This document shows positions 10,217 to 21,597 of a stretch of 64,000 nucleotides of DNA, piece after piece. The stretch spans positions 17,571 through 81,570 of the forward strand of contig RQSC01000125.1 of NCBI GenBank assembly GCA_013416795.1, read 5' to 3'. The position numbers and the translations under genes were made by a program. The notes beneath the pieces were generated by a model, which saw only the letters and a program-made list of their open reading frames with translations, searched no databases and was not told where the DNA came from. Source of the DNA: Prasinococcaceae sp. CCMP 1430 (Eukaryota; Plantae; Prasinodermophyta). Every line of letters begins with the position of its first letter. The stretch's first letter is position 1.

Positions 10217-13200
10217 TCAGACGGAGCGGATGAGGACGGCGGGTCCGTCGGTGTCCCCCGTGCTCGGGGCGTTGCTCGGAGCAGAACGACCGGGCGCGCA
10301 GGTCGTGCCTGTCGCAGGGCAGTCGGCGCGGGCTCCTGCAGCAGAGCCCCGGTCGGACACCGGCAGCCCACGCATCGCGCCCCAAGACGGCCCGACCTTC
10401 GCCTTGGTAGCCATGCGGGGGGCGTTAGCGAGCCCGAGCCTGGATGGTGCGCAGATCATCGCGCTCGCGAGGGCCTGCGCCACCCGCGCGGCGTCTGCCT
10501 CGGCGCACTCGGCGACCAGCTCGTCGTGGATGCACAGCACGAGCACCGCCCCAAGTTGCTGCAGCTCTGCCTGCACGTCCACGATGGCCACCTTGACGAC
10601 GTCAGACAGCGAGCCCTGCACGATCGCCGAGGCAAGCTGACGGACTCGCTCGCCACGGCTCCCCACCTTCGCCGGGAGCGTCCGCTGCCGGCCACTGACT
10701 GTCGACACAAACCCCTTCTGCTCGGCGTGGTGGGAGGTCGACACGAGCCACTTGAGAGACGTCCCGAAGATGTTGTCGAACGACTGGTCGAACGCCGGCC
10801 CGGAACCTGAGGCCGTGCCCAGCGAGTACAGGCGGGAGTACACCAGGCGCTTCGCCTCGGCGCGGGCGCACCCGGCGCTGTCCGCCAATTGCTGGAAGAT
10901 GTCGCAGCCACTCGCGAGAAGGTCACACAGCGCGGCGTCGTTTGCCATAGCAGCCAGTACGCGAAGCTCCGCCTCGCTGTAGTCGACGCTGACGAGCACG
11001 TTGCCAGGCGAGCGCGCGACGAAGCACGCGCGCGCGCTCGGATGGCTCGTCGAGCGCGCGGAGTGCTGCCTTTGCACGCACTGCAAGTTGGGGCCCTCGC
11101 TCACAAGGCGGCCGGTGGCAGCGGCGCACTGCAGCCAGCTGGTGTGAACGCGTTCGACCATTGCGAGTGCTGCGCTGCTGTCGGAGGGCAGCGCGCTGAG
11201 GCGCACCGAGCTTGCGGCGCACGTCAGGTACGAGTCCAAGTTGCCGATGAGCCGCTGGAGCTGCCGCGCCTCCAGCACCAGATCGACAACGCCCTCGGTA
11301 CACGCCATCTCCTCGAGAACCTCGGAACGCGTCGAGATGCGACCCGAACGCAGCTTCGGCGCCCCATCGGGTGGTCTCAAGCGCAGGGGCCTGCCACCGA
11401 AGAGCGCGTCAGAGAGGTGCTCGGGTGATTCCCATCGCACCTTCTCGCCATTGAATGCGCGCGACAGACTCGCCTCCACTCCGCTGAGGCACTTTCTCGC
11501 AGCGGCCCGGCACTTGTCCGCTGCACGCCCATTGAAGCCAATGCCCTCCTCTTCCATCGACGCCAGCGCGCGAATCAGCGGCATCTCCATGCGGGCGTAC
11601 GCGGATGCGACGCCGTCGTTGCAGGCGAAGGCGCGCCGCTGGTGCTCGGCGAGCGCCAGTGCGAGCGCCGCGCGCTCGCACGCGTCGCGCGGCCCGCTCC
11701 CCCGCTCGCCAAAGAGTTCGCAGCCGGCTGTGGCCACTGCGACTGCGAGCCCCTGGTGGCCATCACGTCCACGCCCGTATTCTTCGAGGACCTCCGCGAG
11801 TGCCATGGACGTCTCATGTCTCTGGCCGCCCGCGAGCAGACACTCTGCGATGAGGGTGTCCCGCCAGCCAACGAGACGAGATGCGAGTGCGAGCGGCCGC
11901 CCGCACACGCCGAACTCAATGGCGACGAGCTGCCTGCGCAAGTCCCAGCAGGCACAGCGCACGCCCGCCATCGCAGTGATGTGGTCATGCGAGGCCCCCG
12001 CGAGTCGGCGCAGCCCATCGCAGACCACCTCCCATCGCTCGCGGACGACGCCAGCTGTCACACCGGACTCAGCATCGAGGCGAAGGCCGATGTACACCTT
12101 CAGCACGTCCGCAAACGCTTCGTCGGCCTGCGTTGTCACGCCAGGCGTCGTTCCGCCTCCCGTTGGGCGCACGAGCGCGATAGCGACCCCTGCAAGCACG
12201 CTTCGCGGCGCGCCCTGGCGGCGGTCGGCGGTGCGAGATTCGACGATGTGGGCTTCGAATCCGAATTCGTTCGACGCTGCCCACAGGCGCGCGAATCCGT
12301 CCAGGCCGTCTGGCTCAAAAGCCTCCACGTCGCAACACAGCACGTGGCGTGCTGCGTTGGCGCAGATCCGCGCGTGCTCGATGTGGGCTGCCTGTCGGCA
12401 CGAATAGCTCTCCCACAGCTTCCCTGCTGCCCGCACGATGCGGGTCGCGAGGGCCTTGAGCGCACGCGTCTTCTGGGGGGGAGCGCGCCCGGAGATCGCA
12501 GCGTACACGCGATCACCCCCGGCCCTCGCTACCCGCTCGATAGAGGTCAACCCCGCTTTGTGGAGGAGGCGCGCGCGGCCCGACTTGACGCCAGGGATCT
12601 CGCACAACGCTCGTACCTCCTCATTGCCACCGGCGCTCACACGCGGCGCAAGCTTCGTGAGCATCGCCGCGAGACTGTCCAGGGCGATCGACCTGACCCG
12701 CATCTGTCGGCATTCTCTGGGGTCCGCCGCCAGCGCCTCGAACACGCCTCCGAGTGACGTCACACGCATGCCTGCGCTCTCCCTGAGGGCTTCTAGGTCC
12801 GGGAGAATGATGTCTGGAAACATTTTGCGCATGTCTGCCGTCACCTCCTGGACTTCGACGCCCTCGGCGAGGCGAGCGAGCGCGAGCGCAAAGTAAAGCT
12901 TGACGGCGGCCCGGGCCGGGCCGCTCGGAATGTCCGTGCTCGCGGGGACGGCGCCCTTGCCACGCCGAGCTTGGAAGAAGAAGCCCTCGTCGACGCCGAG
13001 CGCAATCGCAAGCGCCTTCTCGTGTTTCGAGAAGGACGAGTCCCACGCCTGATACATACAGTTCCACTGCGTACTCTCCCACCGCACAGCGCAATCCCAC
13101 GCGATGCCCTCAGGGACCGCCATCCAGCAGAGTGCGACCGGTGTGTCAAGCAACTTCAGCTCGACAACTTTTTGGGCGTCCGCTATGGCAGCCAGTATCT

Positions 13201-16048
13201 GTTCGGGAGACATCGTCGGAGCCCGCGTCATCGCGGACCCTCGCGAACACGCGACCCAGCGCATCGCGGACTTGTCAAACGCCAGCAGGCGCTGGCGCTC
13301 GCACCATCGCAGTGCCTCCACAGCGGTATCAGAGGCCACCGACCCTTTGCTTGTCCCACCACCGGTCGCAGCGAGCAGCGTGCACGCCAAGAAAGCCTCA
13401 ACATCGCTCGCTGTCGCGACCCAGCCACCAACGACAGCCTCAAGCACAGCTTGGCGCATTGCTCGGTTTCCGCCTAGAACGGCCTTCGCATTGCGCTTCG
13501 ACGGACAGGCTAAGGGCTCCGACGCATGCTGCCTCCGCCCGTCCCGCGCCTCGCGCGCACCTGGCTGTCGCACGCCATCATCAGCGGGCGGCGCAAAGCA
13601 GCTTCGGATCGCATCGCCGCCGACGGCGGTGGCCGAGACCTCGCCCTGCGAGCGAGCGCCGTCCAGAAGCTGCTTGGCGCTCGTGCGTGCGGATGACGGT
13701 ACAACAACGAAGGCCTCGCCAATCGTGTCAAAGCCGGCACGTCCAGCTCGGCCGCACATCTGCCTGATGGTAGTCGGGTCGTGCAGATCACGCCCAGCTT
13801 TCAACCCCATGATGAGCACCCGACGCGCTGGGAGGTTGACTCCGGCTGCGAGCGTGGTGGTCGCACACAGAACTCGAATGCCGCCCTGGCGGTAGCCACC
13901 CTCGACAACCTTGCGCTCGTCATTCGTGAGAGCTGAGTTGTGCCAGCCCACACCAGCCTGAATGCATTCTTGCAAGATGTCATCCGCGGTTCCCTGCCTG
14001 CCTTGCCCCTGCTGACCGCGCGTGCCACCAGCCTTCGGCAGGGCGCTGCGATCGGCGACCTGCAGCTCCTCAAGTGCAGCGTTGCGCGCCTTGTTCGCTT
14101 TGTCATCGGAAGGCACTAGCACAGACGGGTCGACCCGTCGAAGGAGCTCTACCATCCCCTTCGCGAGCTGCCAGCACTTCGCCTTCGTCGGGCAGAAGAG
14201 CAGCGCGGCCCCGCCGCCGGAGAGGGTTTCTTGCACGAGCGCCACCGCGGCCGTCACTTCAGCATCAGCAGCGAGCATGTCTGGACTGCTGCAGCAGTCA
14301 ATCTGGCGCACAGAACGGTCATCCACCGGGTCAATGATGTCCACGAATCCCGCCTTGCTCGTGTGTGCGCCCGATGCCTGCTTGAACGCACTCGCAGCAC
14401 TCGAAGCGCCGGTAGCAGGCCTTATGCTCAGCGACTGCGTGTAGACGCATATCCACTCTGAAAGGGGCACTGGTCTATCCGAGTCCGTGGCACGAAATGC
14501 CGCGCCCCCGAGCCATCGATGGACTGCACCCGCGCCAGGGAGCGTTGCGCTCATGCCGACGAGCAGGATATCGGGCGTTTGGCCGTGCTGCTGCTGCTGT
14601 CGCCGCCGTGCGCGGTCGAGATCTTTCTTGGTGTCGGTCGAAGCGGCATCAGCTCCAGCGGTGCCCTCGAGCACAGCTTCTCGGCCGTTGCCGTAGCCTT
14701 TCGTTCCTGGCCTTCTTCCGCCGCCGATGTACAGCAGCTTGGCCATGAGCAGCTCGCATAGGTGGCCCCTGCTTGGATCGGCGACCATGTGCAGCTCATC
14801 CACGACGACGATGCAAAACGTATCGAGCAAAGTTTTCTCCAGCACGAGCTCGTTGACGAGACCGTTGGCCTTCTCGATGGTCGCAACACACACGGCAGTG
14901 CCGCGTTCTGGAGGGCCATGGCCGATTGCACCGTGGTACGCCTTGACGCCGCGTCCGGTGCCACGAAAGAGGCGCTCGTACTCCTCGACCTTTTCATTCA
15001 CGAGGCTCACGAAAGGCACGACTACGAGCGCTGCGCGATTCGTCGCAGACACAGCGCGAAGCAAGATCATGTCGGCCACGATCGACTTTCCTCCGCTGGT
15101 TGGCGCCGAGTAGACGAGGTTGCCTCCGGTGCGCGCTTGCTGCTCGAGGCACGACGCCTGCCAGCGGTGCAGCCGCGGAGAGCCGCCGAGCTTCTTCTCG
15201 AAGTACCGGTGCGCGAAGCGTGGCAGGCCCCACCTGGGGTGGCGTGGGTCGAGCTGTGTGTCATCGTGCCAGTCGAAGCTATTCGTCGTCGCCTGCGAAG
15301 AGTGCTGCGCCTGGAAGCCAACGCCGTCCTCTGACGCCAGCGACACTCGAGAGGGCAGATTCTCCGCGCGCAGAGACTGCACCACGGCGTCGGCCGCCGC
15401 ATTCGCCACAGCTGCCACGCTCGCATCGGCAAAGACCGCAACATCGTCGCCATGGCTGGGCACCACACTTCCCCGGCGCGATGTGTCATCAGACTGCCGA
15501 GCGACAGTCACCGCTCCCAGCTCGCCGAGGGCATCCTCAGCCACGCCCACGATCGGAACGGGCAGCGCCTGGCCTGTCGACTCACGGGTTCGCCGAGGTC
15601 CTCCCGGTCCTGGCAGCTGTACGCCCTGTTGGCACGCCGCCACCTCCTGGATCGTCTCATGCGACTGCTGCTGCCCGAGCGGTGGCCGACCCGGCCTGTG
15701 CTGCGACGGCGGCTCCGACGCCCGTTGATGCAGCCGCTGCGAGCGCGTCTGGTGAGGCTCGACGACCTCTGGCAGCGCGCCGCTCGCGACGCCGAGCGAC
15801 GCGAGCAGGCCGGGGCGCGGCTCCGCGGCGCCGACGCGGCCGGGGGCTGGGACGGGAGGCCGATAACCGGGAGGCCGCGCGCCGGGAGCGGGGCGGCGGT
15901 GGCCTGGTGTCGCAGGGCGAGGACGGGGTGGGGGCGGGGAGGCGGGACTGCGGGACGCGCGCGCCGTGTGGCGCCGCTGCTGGCATGCACGCGCGCGAAC
16001 ACAACTCGATTCGTTCAACCTTGTTGTGGGGGTACACAAAACCTCCAT
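10217..16048 (-). CDS. POLQ: DNA polymerase theta (TEBICHI/POLQ-like): SF2 Hel308-type helicase plus C-terminal family A polymerase; true start uncertain
   Basis: Helicase motifs: SAPTSGGKS, VVVDELHMV, GMSATLP, ATTTLAAGVNLPARRV and QMCGRAGRAG. PolA motifs: ATGRL..GPNLQ, SVDYSEAELR, AKRLVYSRLY and CIHDELV. Uninterrupted 1943-codon ORF. Confidence 0.93.
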   Translation of the reverse strand: MEVLCTPTTRLNESSCVRARACQQRRHTARASRSPASPPPPRPRPATPGHRRPAPGARPPGYRPPVPAPGRVGAAEPRPGLLASLGVASGALPEVVEPHQTRSQRLHQRASEPPSQHRPGRPPLGQQQSHETIQEVAACQQGVQLPGPGGPRRTRESTGQALPVPIVGVAEDALGELGAVTVARQSDDTSRRGSVVPSHGDDVAVFADASVAAVANAAADAVVQSLRAENLPSRVSLASEDGVGFQAQHSSQATTNSFDWHDDTQLDPRHPRWGLPRFAHRYFEKKLGGSPRLHRWQASCLEQQARTGGNLVYSAPTSGGKSIVADMILLRAVSATNRAALVVVPFVSLVNEKVEEYERLFRGTGRGVKAYHGAIGHGPPERGTAVCVATIEKANGLVNELVLEKTLLDTFCIVVVDELHMVADPSRGHLCELLMAKLLYIGGGRRPGTKGYGNGREAVLEGTAGADAASTDTKKDLDRARRRQQQQHGQTPDILLVGMSATLPGAGAVHRWLGGAAFRATDSDRPVPLSEWICVYTQSLSIRPATGASSAASAFKQASGAHTSKAGFVDIIDPVDDRSVRQIDCCSSPDMLAADAEVTAAVALVQETLSGGGAALLFCPTKAKCWQLAKGMVELLRRVDPSVLVPSDDKANKARNAALEELQVADRSALPKAGGTRGQQGQGRQGTADDILQECIQAGVGWHNSALTNDERKVVEGGYRQGGIRVLCATTTLAAGVNLPARRVLIMGLKAGRDLHDPTTIRQMCGRAGRAGFDTIGEAFVVVPSSARTSAKQLLDGARSQGEVSATAVGGDAIRSCFAPPADDGVRQPGAREARDGRRQHASEPLACPSKRNAKAVLGGNRAMRQAVLEAVVGGWVATASDVEAFLACTLLAATGGGTSKGSVASDTAVEALRWCERQRLLAFDKSAMRWVACSRGSAMTRAPTMSPEQILAAIADAQKVVELKLLDTPVALCWMAVPEGIAWDCAVRWESTQWNCMYQAWDSSFSKHEKALAIALGVDEGFFFQARRGKGAVPASTDIPSGPARAAVKLYFALALARLAEGVEVQEVTADMRKMFPDIILPDLEALRESAGMRVTSLGGVFEALAADPRECRQMRVRSIALDSLAAMLTKLAPRVSAGGNEEVRALCEIPGVKSGRARLLHKAGLTSIERVARAGGDRVYAAISGRAPPQKTRALKALATRIVRAAGKLWESYSCRQAAHIEHARICANAARHVLCCDVEAFEPDGLDGFARLWAASNEFGFEAHIVESRTADRRQGAPRSVLAGVAIALVRPTGGGTTPGVTTQADEAFADVLKVYIGLRLDAESGVTAGVVRERWEVVCDGLRRLAGASHDHITAMAGVRCACWDLRRQLVAIEFGVCGRPLALASRLVGWRDTLIAECLLAGGQRHETSMALAEVLEEYGRGRDGHQGLAVAVATAGCELFGERGSGPRDACERAALALALAEHQRRAFACNDGVASAYARMEMPLIRALASMEEEGIGFNGRAADKCRAAARKCLSGVEASLSRAFNGEKVRWESPEHLSDALFGGRPLRLRPPDGAPKLRSGRISTRSEVLEEMACTEGVVDLVLEARQLQRLIGNLDSYLTCAASSVRLSALPSDSSAALAMVERVHTSWLQCAAATGRLVSEGPNLQCVQRQHSARSTSHPSARACFVARSPGNVLVSVDYSEAELRVLAAMANDAALCDLLASGCDIFQQLADSAGCARAEAKRLVYSRLYSLGTASGSGPAFDQSFDNIFGTSLKWLVSTSHHAEQKGFVSTVSGRQRTLPAKVGSRGERVRQLASAIVQGSLSDVVKVAIVDVQAELQQLGAVLVLCIHDELVAECAEADAARVAQALASAMICAPSRLGLANAPRMATKAKVGPSWGAMRGLPVSDRGSAAGARADCPATGTTCAPGRSAPSNAPSTGDTDGPAVLIRSV

Positions 16049-16505
16049 TTAATTTAGGGTAAGAGGCCAACCTGCGAGCGCGCATGACGCGCGCAATCAA
16101 AACTTTTGTACAGAGAATTGATTCGAAATTGAGGGGGCCGCTGGCGCCAATTCGATCGCCGTTCCCCCAGGGCCGCGCGGCCGGCCGAAGCGGCGCACCC
16201 GCGGGGCCGGACGAAGGGGCGCGCCGCGCCCGCGCAGGCAGATGCGCTGCGCGAGATGGGCGCGGAGGATGTGTTGGTCGTCGTGAGCACGGCAGCGGGT
16301 GCGCGGGGCCACTCGACGGGCCGCTCGCGCGGCGCGGGCGGAGGAGCAGGCGGCGTGGCGCCGTTGGTGAACCAGGGTGCCAGTGCCGAGACGTCAGGCG
16401 AGGCGTGAGGGTGTGACAGGGCCCTGTGAGGCAGGTTGTGTGAGGGGGGGGGGGGCGTTGAGAAGTGCGTGCTCGACTGTCGGACCGAGAGGGTGGAGTG
16501 TCGAT

Positions 16506-17976
16506 GCCGGGCAATTTGAGCTCTCGCCTGGGCGAGGCGACCGCGCGTCCAGGCTTCGACTTGTTGGCATCGGACAGCGACGATGACGACTTCGTTGTCG
16601 TCGAGGCCAGAAAAAAAGATGGGGCGCCTCTCGACATCGCCGATGCGACCGAGCGCGCGATCTTTGCCGACGCGCAACGCGAGGCGATCGCGCGCGTCCG
16701 CGGCGAGGAGACCATCGCGACGCGTGCGCCAGTCAGAAATACGCATGGCGCGCGAGCAAGGCCAACGCATAGGCAGCCCGCATCTCGAGCAGGCGCAGCG
16801 CTAGACGCCTCAAATCTCGAGGCGCTCATGTCAACGGCGCCGGCGCACGCAGGTCTAGAGCCAGAGGCAGGCGCTGCCCTCGACGCTTCGACATTGGACT
16901 CCTTCATGGCGTCGCACCGCCGACGTGCATTAGACACTGGCAACGAATCTGCGGGTATGCGGACCGATCCCAGCAGGCTGAATCTCGGAAACTTGATCGA
17001 CTCAGGCGTTGTCGGCGGCTCGATGAGCACCGTGGAGGCGCTCGAGCAGCTCTCCAAGGTCTTGCCCGTCGTGAGCAGAGAGATTGTTCCTGTCTCGAAT
17101 GTCGTTGGTAGCGTTGGCGGAATAGCCACCCCCGCACCGTGCTGCGGGGGGCGGCCGCCAGTAGGAATTGTGTGGCTCATCGATCACGCCGAGGATGCAA
17201 CCTCCGTGGCAGATATGCTCGCAATGCAACTCAGTGCAAAAGTCACAGGCGTTGGTGGGGAGTTCAGCGGCCTGCCACCGATCTATCTCGGCGTGGTCCA
17301 GCCGCCCCGCAACTTCTTTAGGGAGCTCGGCAGGGATGCGTCGGCGTGGATGGATCCCGGCTGCCCTCTGGTCTCCTCGGGCGACCCGTGTTCTGCGGGC
17401 GTGTCTGTCGACCATCTAACGGTCCTCGCGGAAATCTAAAACGCCGTGAGCCGCGTACAGCGCGTCGTGGAGAGCATTGCCGATGGGGGCATATGGACGG
17501 AGCGGACGATTTTGTGCGGCTCCGGCCAGGGTGGGACGTTGGCAGTGCACGCCGCGGCCACACAAGAGTGCAAGGACACGCCGCTCGCTGGGGCTGTGAG
17601 CTTCGGTGGAGGCTGCGCTCTCGCATCCGCACTGACTTCGGAAAAGATCACGCGCGCAGGGCGTTCGCGGCCTGTACTACTCGCTCGCGGAGAGGGCGAC
17701 GATGCGATGCCAACTGCGCACGTTGACGTGGCTGTCACCATGCTTGCCAGGGTTGGCATCCCCGTGCGCTCGCAGACCCTGCCAGGAGGCGGGCGAGGTC
17801 CCGGCGGGCACATGATTGACGCGCTGCTGCGCTGCGTGACCGCGTGGTGCGACACTCCAGTTTCCTCCCAGCGGCCGAAGGGTGCCGCAGCGTTTACGGA
17901 GGCGCAGCAGCTTCTCGACGAAGCGGGCGTGCCACAGCCACCTTCCATGGTGCTAGGTGCGACAGTGTCTCGCTAG
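16506..17976 (+). CDS. Phospholipase/carboxylesterase (acyl-protein thioesterase-like) domain protein with an in-frame TAA at 17437-17439
   Basis: IVWLIDHAED, AWMD, ERTILCGSGQGG, LAGAVSFGGG, RGEGDDAMP and GGHM align with the Abhydrolase_2 layout. ORFs 16465-17439 and 17446-17976 are in the same frame. Confidence 0.6.
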
Positions 17977-18029
17977 CTAGCTCCTGCCGGCGCGTGCGAT
18001 CGCGCGACCTACCCCCGCCTGCACGCATG

Positions 18030-18730
18030 TTCCCGCAATGGACCCGTATGGACGCGCATCGCTGACCCTGACCCGCTTGTGTCTATTCGGGCCGACCCGC
18101 GCATGTGCCCAAACTTGAAGCAGCAAACGCTGCATGGCGCGCGGAGACATCGGCGTCCGCGCAGGCAAATGGAGCGCCAGCGAGGCGTGCAGAGGCTGCA
18201 AGGCTGCGCGCACGGGCGGAGGAGGAGCGGCAGCACAAGGCACGGGCGAAGTCATTAGCAGCAGCGGCACAATGTGCCCCGGCGGACAACAATGAGAAGG
18301 AAAAGGTGTGCTTCGCGTGGATTGCTTCGCGTGGATGCGTGTACATGTGATGGATTGCGAGTGTCGAATAGGCGCGAGAGCACTGTGTGTTCGCATCTAA
18401 CGCGAGCGCAACCATCCGTCGCAGCCTACCGGGACTCGACTGGTCGCGAGGAAGCCAGTCGCTCCCGCCGCCGCTGCGCCGACAATCGCCGAGCACAAGG
18501 AGGCAGCGCGCTCCGGAGATGCCGCCATTGACGCCGCGCTTTCAAACGGCGACTGCTCAGACGAGCTCGCGGCGATCGAAGCGGAGATGGCTCGAATGCA
18601 GCTGGAGCGCAAGGCGGTCTTCAAGCGCGCGAATGGCGCTGACAAGGCGGCGTACACGAAACTCTTTTCGGCGCGAATGCGCCTGCTCAGCGCGCGGAAG
18701 GCTGAGTGCGCGCGCCTGCTGCACTGACGC
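18030..18730 (+). CDS. Hypothetical helical protein, exon structure uncertain
   Basis: Coding-like segments KLEAANAAWRAE...DNNEKEK (followed by a GT donor) and ELAAIEAEMARMQLERK...ECARLLH*. Confidence 0.35.
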
Positions 18731-18832
18731 CTTGCGCCGCTTGCTGGCGCGCGCATGTGAGGGCAACTCTGCAAAGTGCCCTGCCGAGCGAGAGCAAGAG
18801 CAAAGGTGGTTGCAATAAAGCTGCCATTATTA

Positions 18833-19879
18833 TTATTCGATGGCCCCGAGCTCCTTGCCCGCCACCGCGTCGAGCACCCTCGGCAGCGCCTTCTGGAGGC
18901 TCTCGGCAGCCGCGCCGAGGTTCTCCAGGAACTCCTCCTCAGTGGGCTTGTCACCGTCGACGATGTCGGTGACGCTCTTCACGCAGAACCACGGCACGTC
19001 GGCGGCCTCCGCAACGTAGGCGATGGCTGCGGCCTCCATGTCCTTTACGTTGGCCTCTGCCATGCCCATGCGGTCCATGCACTGCTTGGTGGCGTCCAGC
19101 GAGTTACCCGTGGTCACCACACCCGTCTTAAAGCCCAGCTCGCCCGCGAGGCGGTGCACGTCGACGGCGTCGCGCGCGGCGATGTGGTAGTCACCGTACT
19201 TGTCGAAGCCCGGCAGCGGGATGCGCCTGTCGTGGTTGCGCACCTGCGCGCGTGCGCGCGTGCGCGCGAGAGTGTGCAAGCGCGTGCGTGCGCGTGTGAG
19301 CATGCGAGCACACACTTGAGCACGCACGTACGTGCCTGCGCATGCGCGCACATACCGCAGAGCTGAGGTAGATGTCGCCCACCTTGGCGCCACGCGCCGC
19401 GAAGCCGCCGGAGGTGCCAGCGTTGATGATGAGATCGGGGGACAGCTCGGCGATGGCGGCGTACGTGGTGAGCGCTGCGGGGACGGTGCCCACGGCGGGC
19501 ACACCGTGCGCGGTGTCGGTGCCGTTGATCGCCACGTGCACGCGCGCGCCGCCCACCTCGCCCGAGAACACCTTCGAGGGATCGGCGTTGCGGTGGGAGG
19601 GTGGGTGGGTGGGGGCACAGGAAGACGTGCGAACGTGTGTGCGCGCGCGAGGGCGAAGGTGAGGGTGAGCACTTGGTGCGAGCATGTGTCGTTTCCGTGC
19701 CCGCGTGCGCGTGCGCGGCGTGCATGTGCGCGCGCGAGCACACATGCGCGCGAATGGCGCCGCGCGCTCACCTTGGCAGGCGTCATGGGGAGCTTGACGG
19801 ACGCGTTCTCCGCAAGCCCTTCGGCGGCGACAAAGGGTGCAGCCTCCTGGTCCATCGCAATCACGAAGAGCACCGTCTT
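18833..19879 (-). CDS. MTN: 5'-methylthioadenosine/S-adenosylhomocysteine nucleosidase; first exon likely in or near the N gap
   Basis: Motifs: VLFVIAMDQEA, VGTVPAALTTY, DLIINAGTSGGF, HDRRIPLPGF, TTGNSLD, VKDMEAAAIAYV and KSVTDIVDG. Confidence 0.95.
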   Translation of the reverse strand, partial: KTVLFVIAMDQEAAPFVAAEGLAENASVKLPMTPAKVSARRHSRACVLARAHARRARARGHGNDTCSHQVLTLTFALARAHTFARLPVPPPTHPPTATPIPRRCSRARWAARACTWRSTAPTPRTVCPPWAPSPQRSPRTPPSPSCPPISSSTLAPPAASRRVAPRWATSTSALRYVRACAGTYVRAQVCARMLTRARTRLHTLARTRARAQVRNHDRRIPLPGFDKYGDYHIAARDAVDVHRLAGELGFKTGVVTTGNSLDATKQCMDRMGMAEANVKDMEAAAIAYVAEAADVPWFCVKSVTDIVDGDKPTEEEFLENLGAAAESLQKALPRVLDAVAGKELGAIE

Positions 19880-20472
19880 GATGGGCTACGGGCGCATGTG
19901 TGCGCGCGCGGGTGGAGGCACGCGCGCGCGTGTCAGTACATGCGTGTGCGCGATGGGGTCCCCCGCACGTTGGCGGTGGCCAGCACGCAGCGCGCGATGC
20001 GCGCACGCATAGCCGGACAGCGCCCGTATTTCCGGGAGCGCGCCAACGTCTGCGCCCGCACACGCGTGTCCGCACACACACGCTCACACTCGCGCATACG
20101 CGCGCGCGCTCCGCTCGCGCGCGCACGCACGTCGTGCGCGTCCGCGGCGGTCGCGCGCGCGGNNNNNNNNNNNNNNNNNNNNNNNNNNNNNNNNNNNNNN
20201 NNNNNNNNNNNNNNNNNNNNNNNNNNNNNNNNNNNNNNNNNNNNNNNNNNNNNNNNNNNNNNNNNNNNNNNNNNNNNNNNNNNNNNNNNNNNNNNNNNNN
20301 NNNNNNNNNNNNNNNNNNNNNNNNNNNNNNNNNNNNNNNNNNNNNNNNNNNNNNNNNNNNNNNNNNNNNNNNNNNNNNNNNNNNNNNNNNNNNNNNNNNN
20401 NNNNNNNNNNNNNNNNNNNNNNNNNNNNNNNNNNNNNNNNNNNNNNNNNNNNNNNNNNNNNNNNNNNNNNNN

Positions 20473-21597
20473 GGCGCGCGCGGGCTGTACGCGAGCGCCG
20501 CCATCGCTGCCGGCGATGAGCTCGCGCGCGTCCCCGCGCGCTGCGTGCTGCGCGCGCCCGCCACCGGCGAGGGCGCCGGCGAGGAGGCGTACCTGCGCCT
20601 CGCGCGAGAGCTGGTGACGCAGCGAGCGCTGGTGGCACAGGTGGGCGCAGGCATGGCATTCATGGCGCCCTACCTCGAGAGCCTGCCGGACGCGTCCGCC
20701 GAGCTCGCCTGCGTCGACTTGTACTGGGAAGAGGAGGAGCGTGTGCTGCTCGCGCACGCGGCGGCCGCGAGGCGCATGGCTGCGCGGCAGGCGCAGGTGG
20801 ACGCCGCGGCGGCTGCCGCAGACGTGCCCGCGGACGCGCTGCGCGATGCCGCCGCGCTCGTGTGCAGCCGGGTCTTCGGTGGCGGCAGCGGCAGCGAGCT
20901 CGTGCCGCTCATGGACCTCGCCAACCACGCGCCCACCGCGGACGCGGCCGCGCGCATCGCTCCCGACGAGGACGGCGGCTACGCGATGGTCGCGCTGCGC
21001 GACATCTCGGAGGGGGAGGAGATCACGCACTCGTACAGGGGAGGCGCCGATGCCACGGGCGGTGGCGAAGGGGGGCTGGGACTGCTGCCCGCGGAGGAGG
21101 CGCTGCGGGACTACGGCTTTTTGCCGACGGGGATGATGAACGCGGTGGCGGCGCACGCTGCCGGCGCGCGCGAGGACGTCGCCGTGGCTGCTGCGGAGCT
21201 CGCTGAGGACGCTGCGGAGCTCTGCTCCTTCCTCGAGCCCGGAGTGTCGCTCGTCGAGGCCCTCGCAGAGGCCCTGGCGCTGTGCGCGAGCGACCTCGCG
21301 CTTCTGGGCGGCTCGGGGGCCGAAGGTGAGGACGGGCGTCCCCTCGGAGAGCGTGCGGAGGCGGCAATCTGGTACAGGCTCACGCGTAGGCTCTTCTTCG
21401 CGGCCGCGCAGGTGGCGTACGCGGAAGGGGAGAAGGCCCCGGCCGTCGTGGACGCCGTGGGCGAGCTCGCACTGCGCTCGGGCGGCCTGGGCGCCGACGA
21501 GCAACGCGCCCAGGCGGTGCTGCGAGCGCACACTGCCGCCGCACGCCGCGCCGTCGAGTCGGGCATGGGCGCGGTGGCGGCGGCGACAGCGGCAGCG
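20473..21597 (+). CDS. SET-domain protein-lysine methyltransferase (Rubisco LSMT/SETD3-like); 5' end in the gap
   Basis: Motifs: RGLYASAAIAAGDEL, PYLESLP, CSRVF, LVPLMDLANH, GEEITHSY and LRDYGF. Confidence 0.85.

Noticed and set aside
17437-17439. TAA/TAG reassigned to Gln (alternative genetic code)
   Set aside because: Well-conserved genes end at TAA (8802-8804) or TAG (29112-29114, 36597-36599, 59525-59527) at the expected C-termini.
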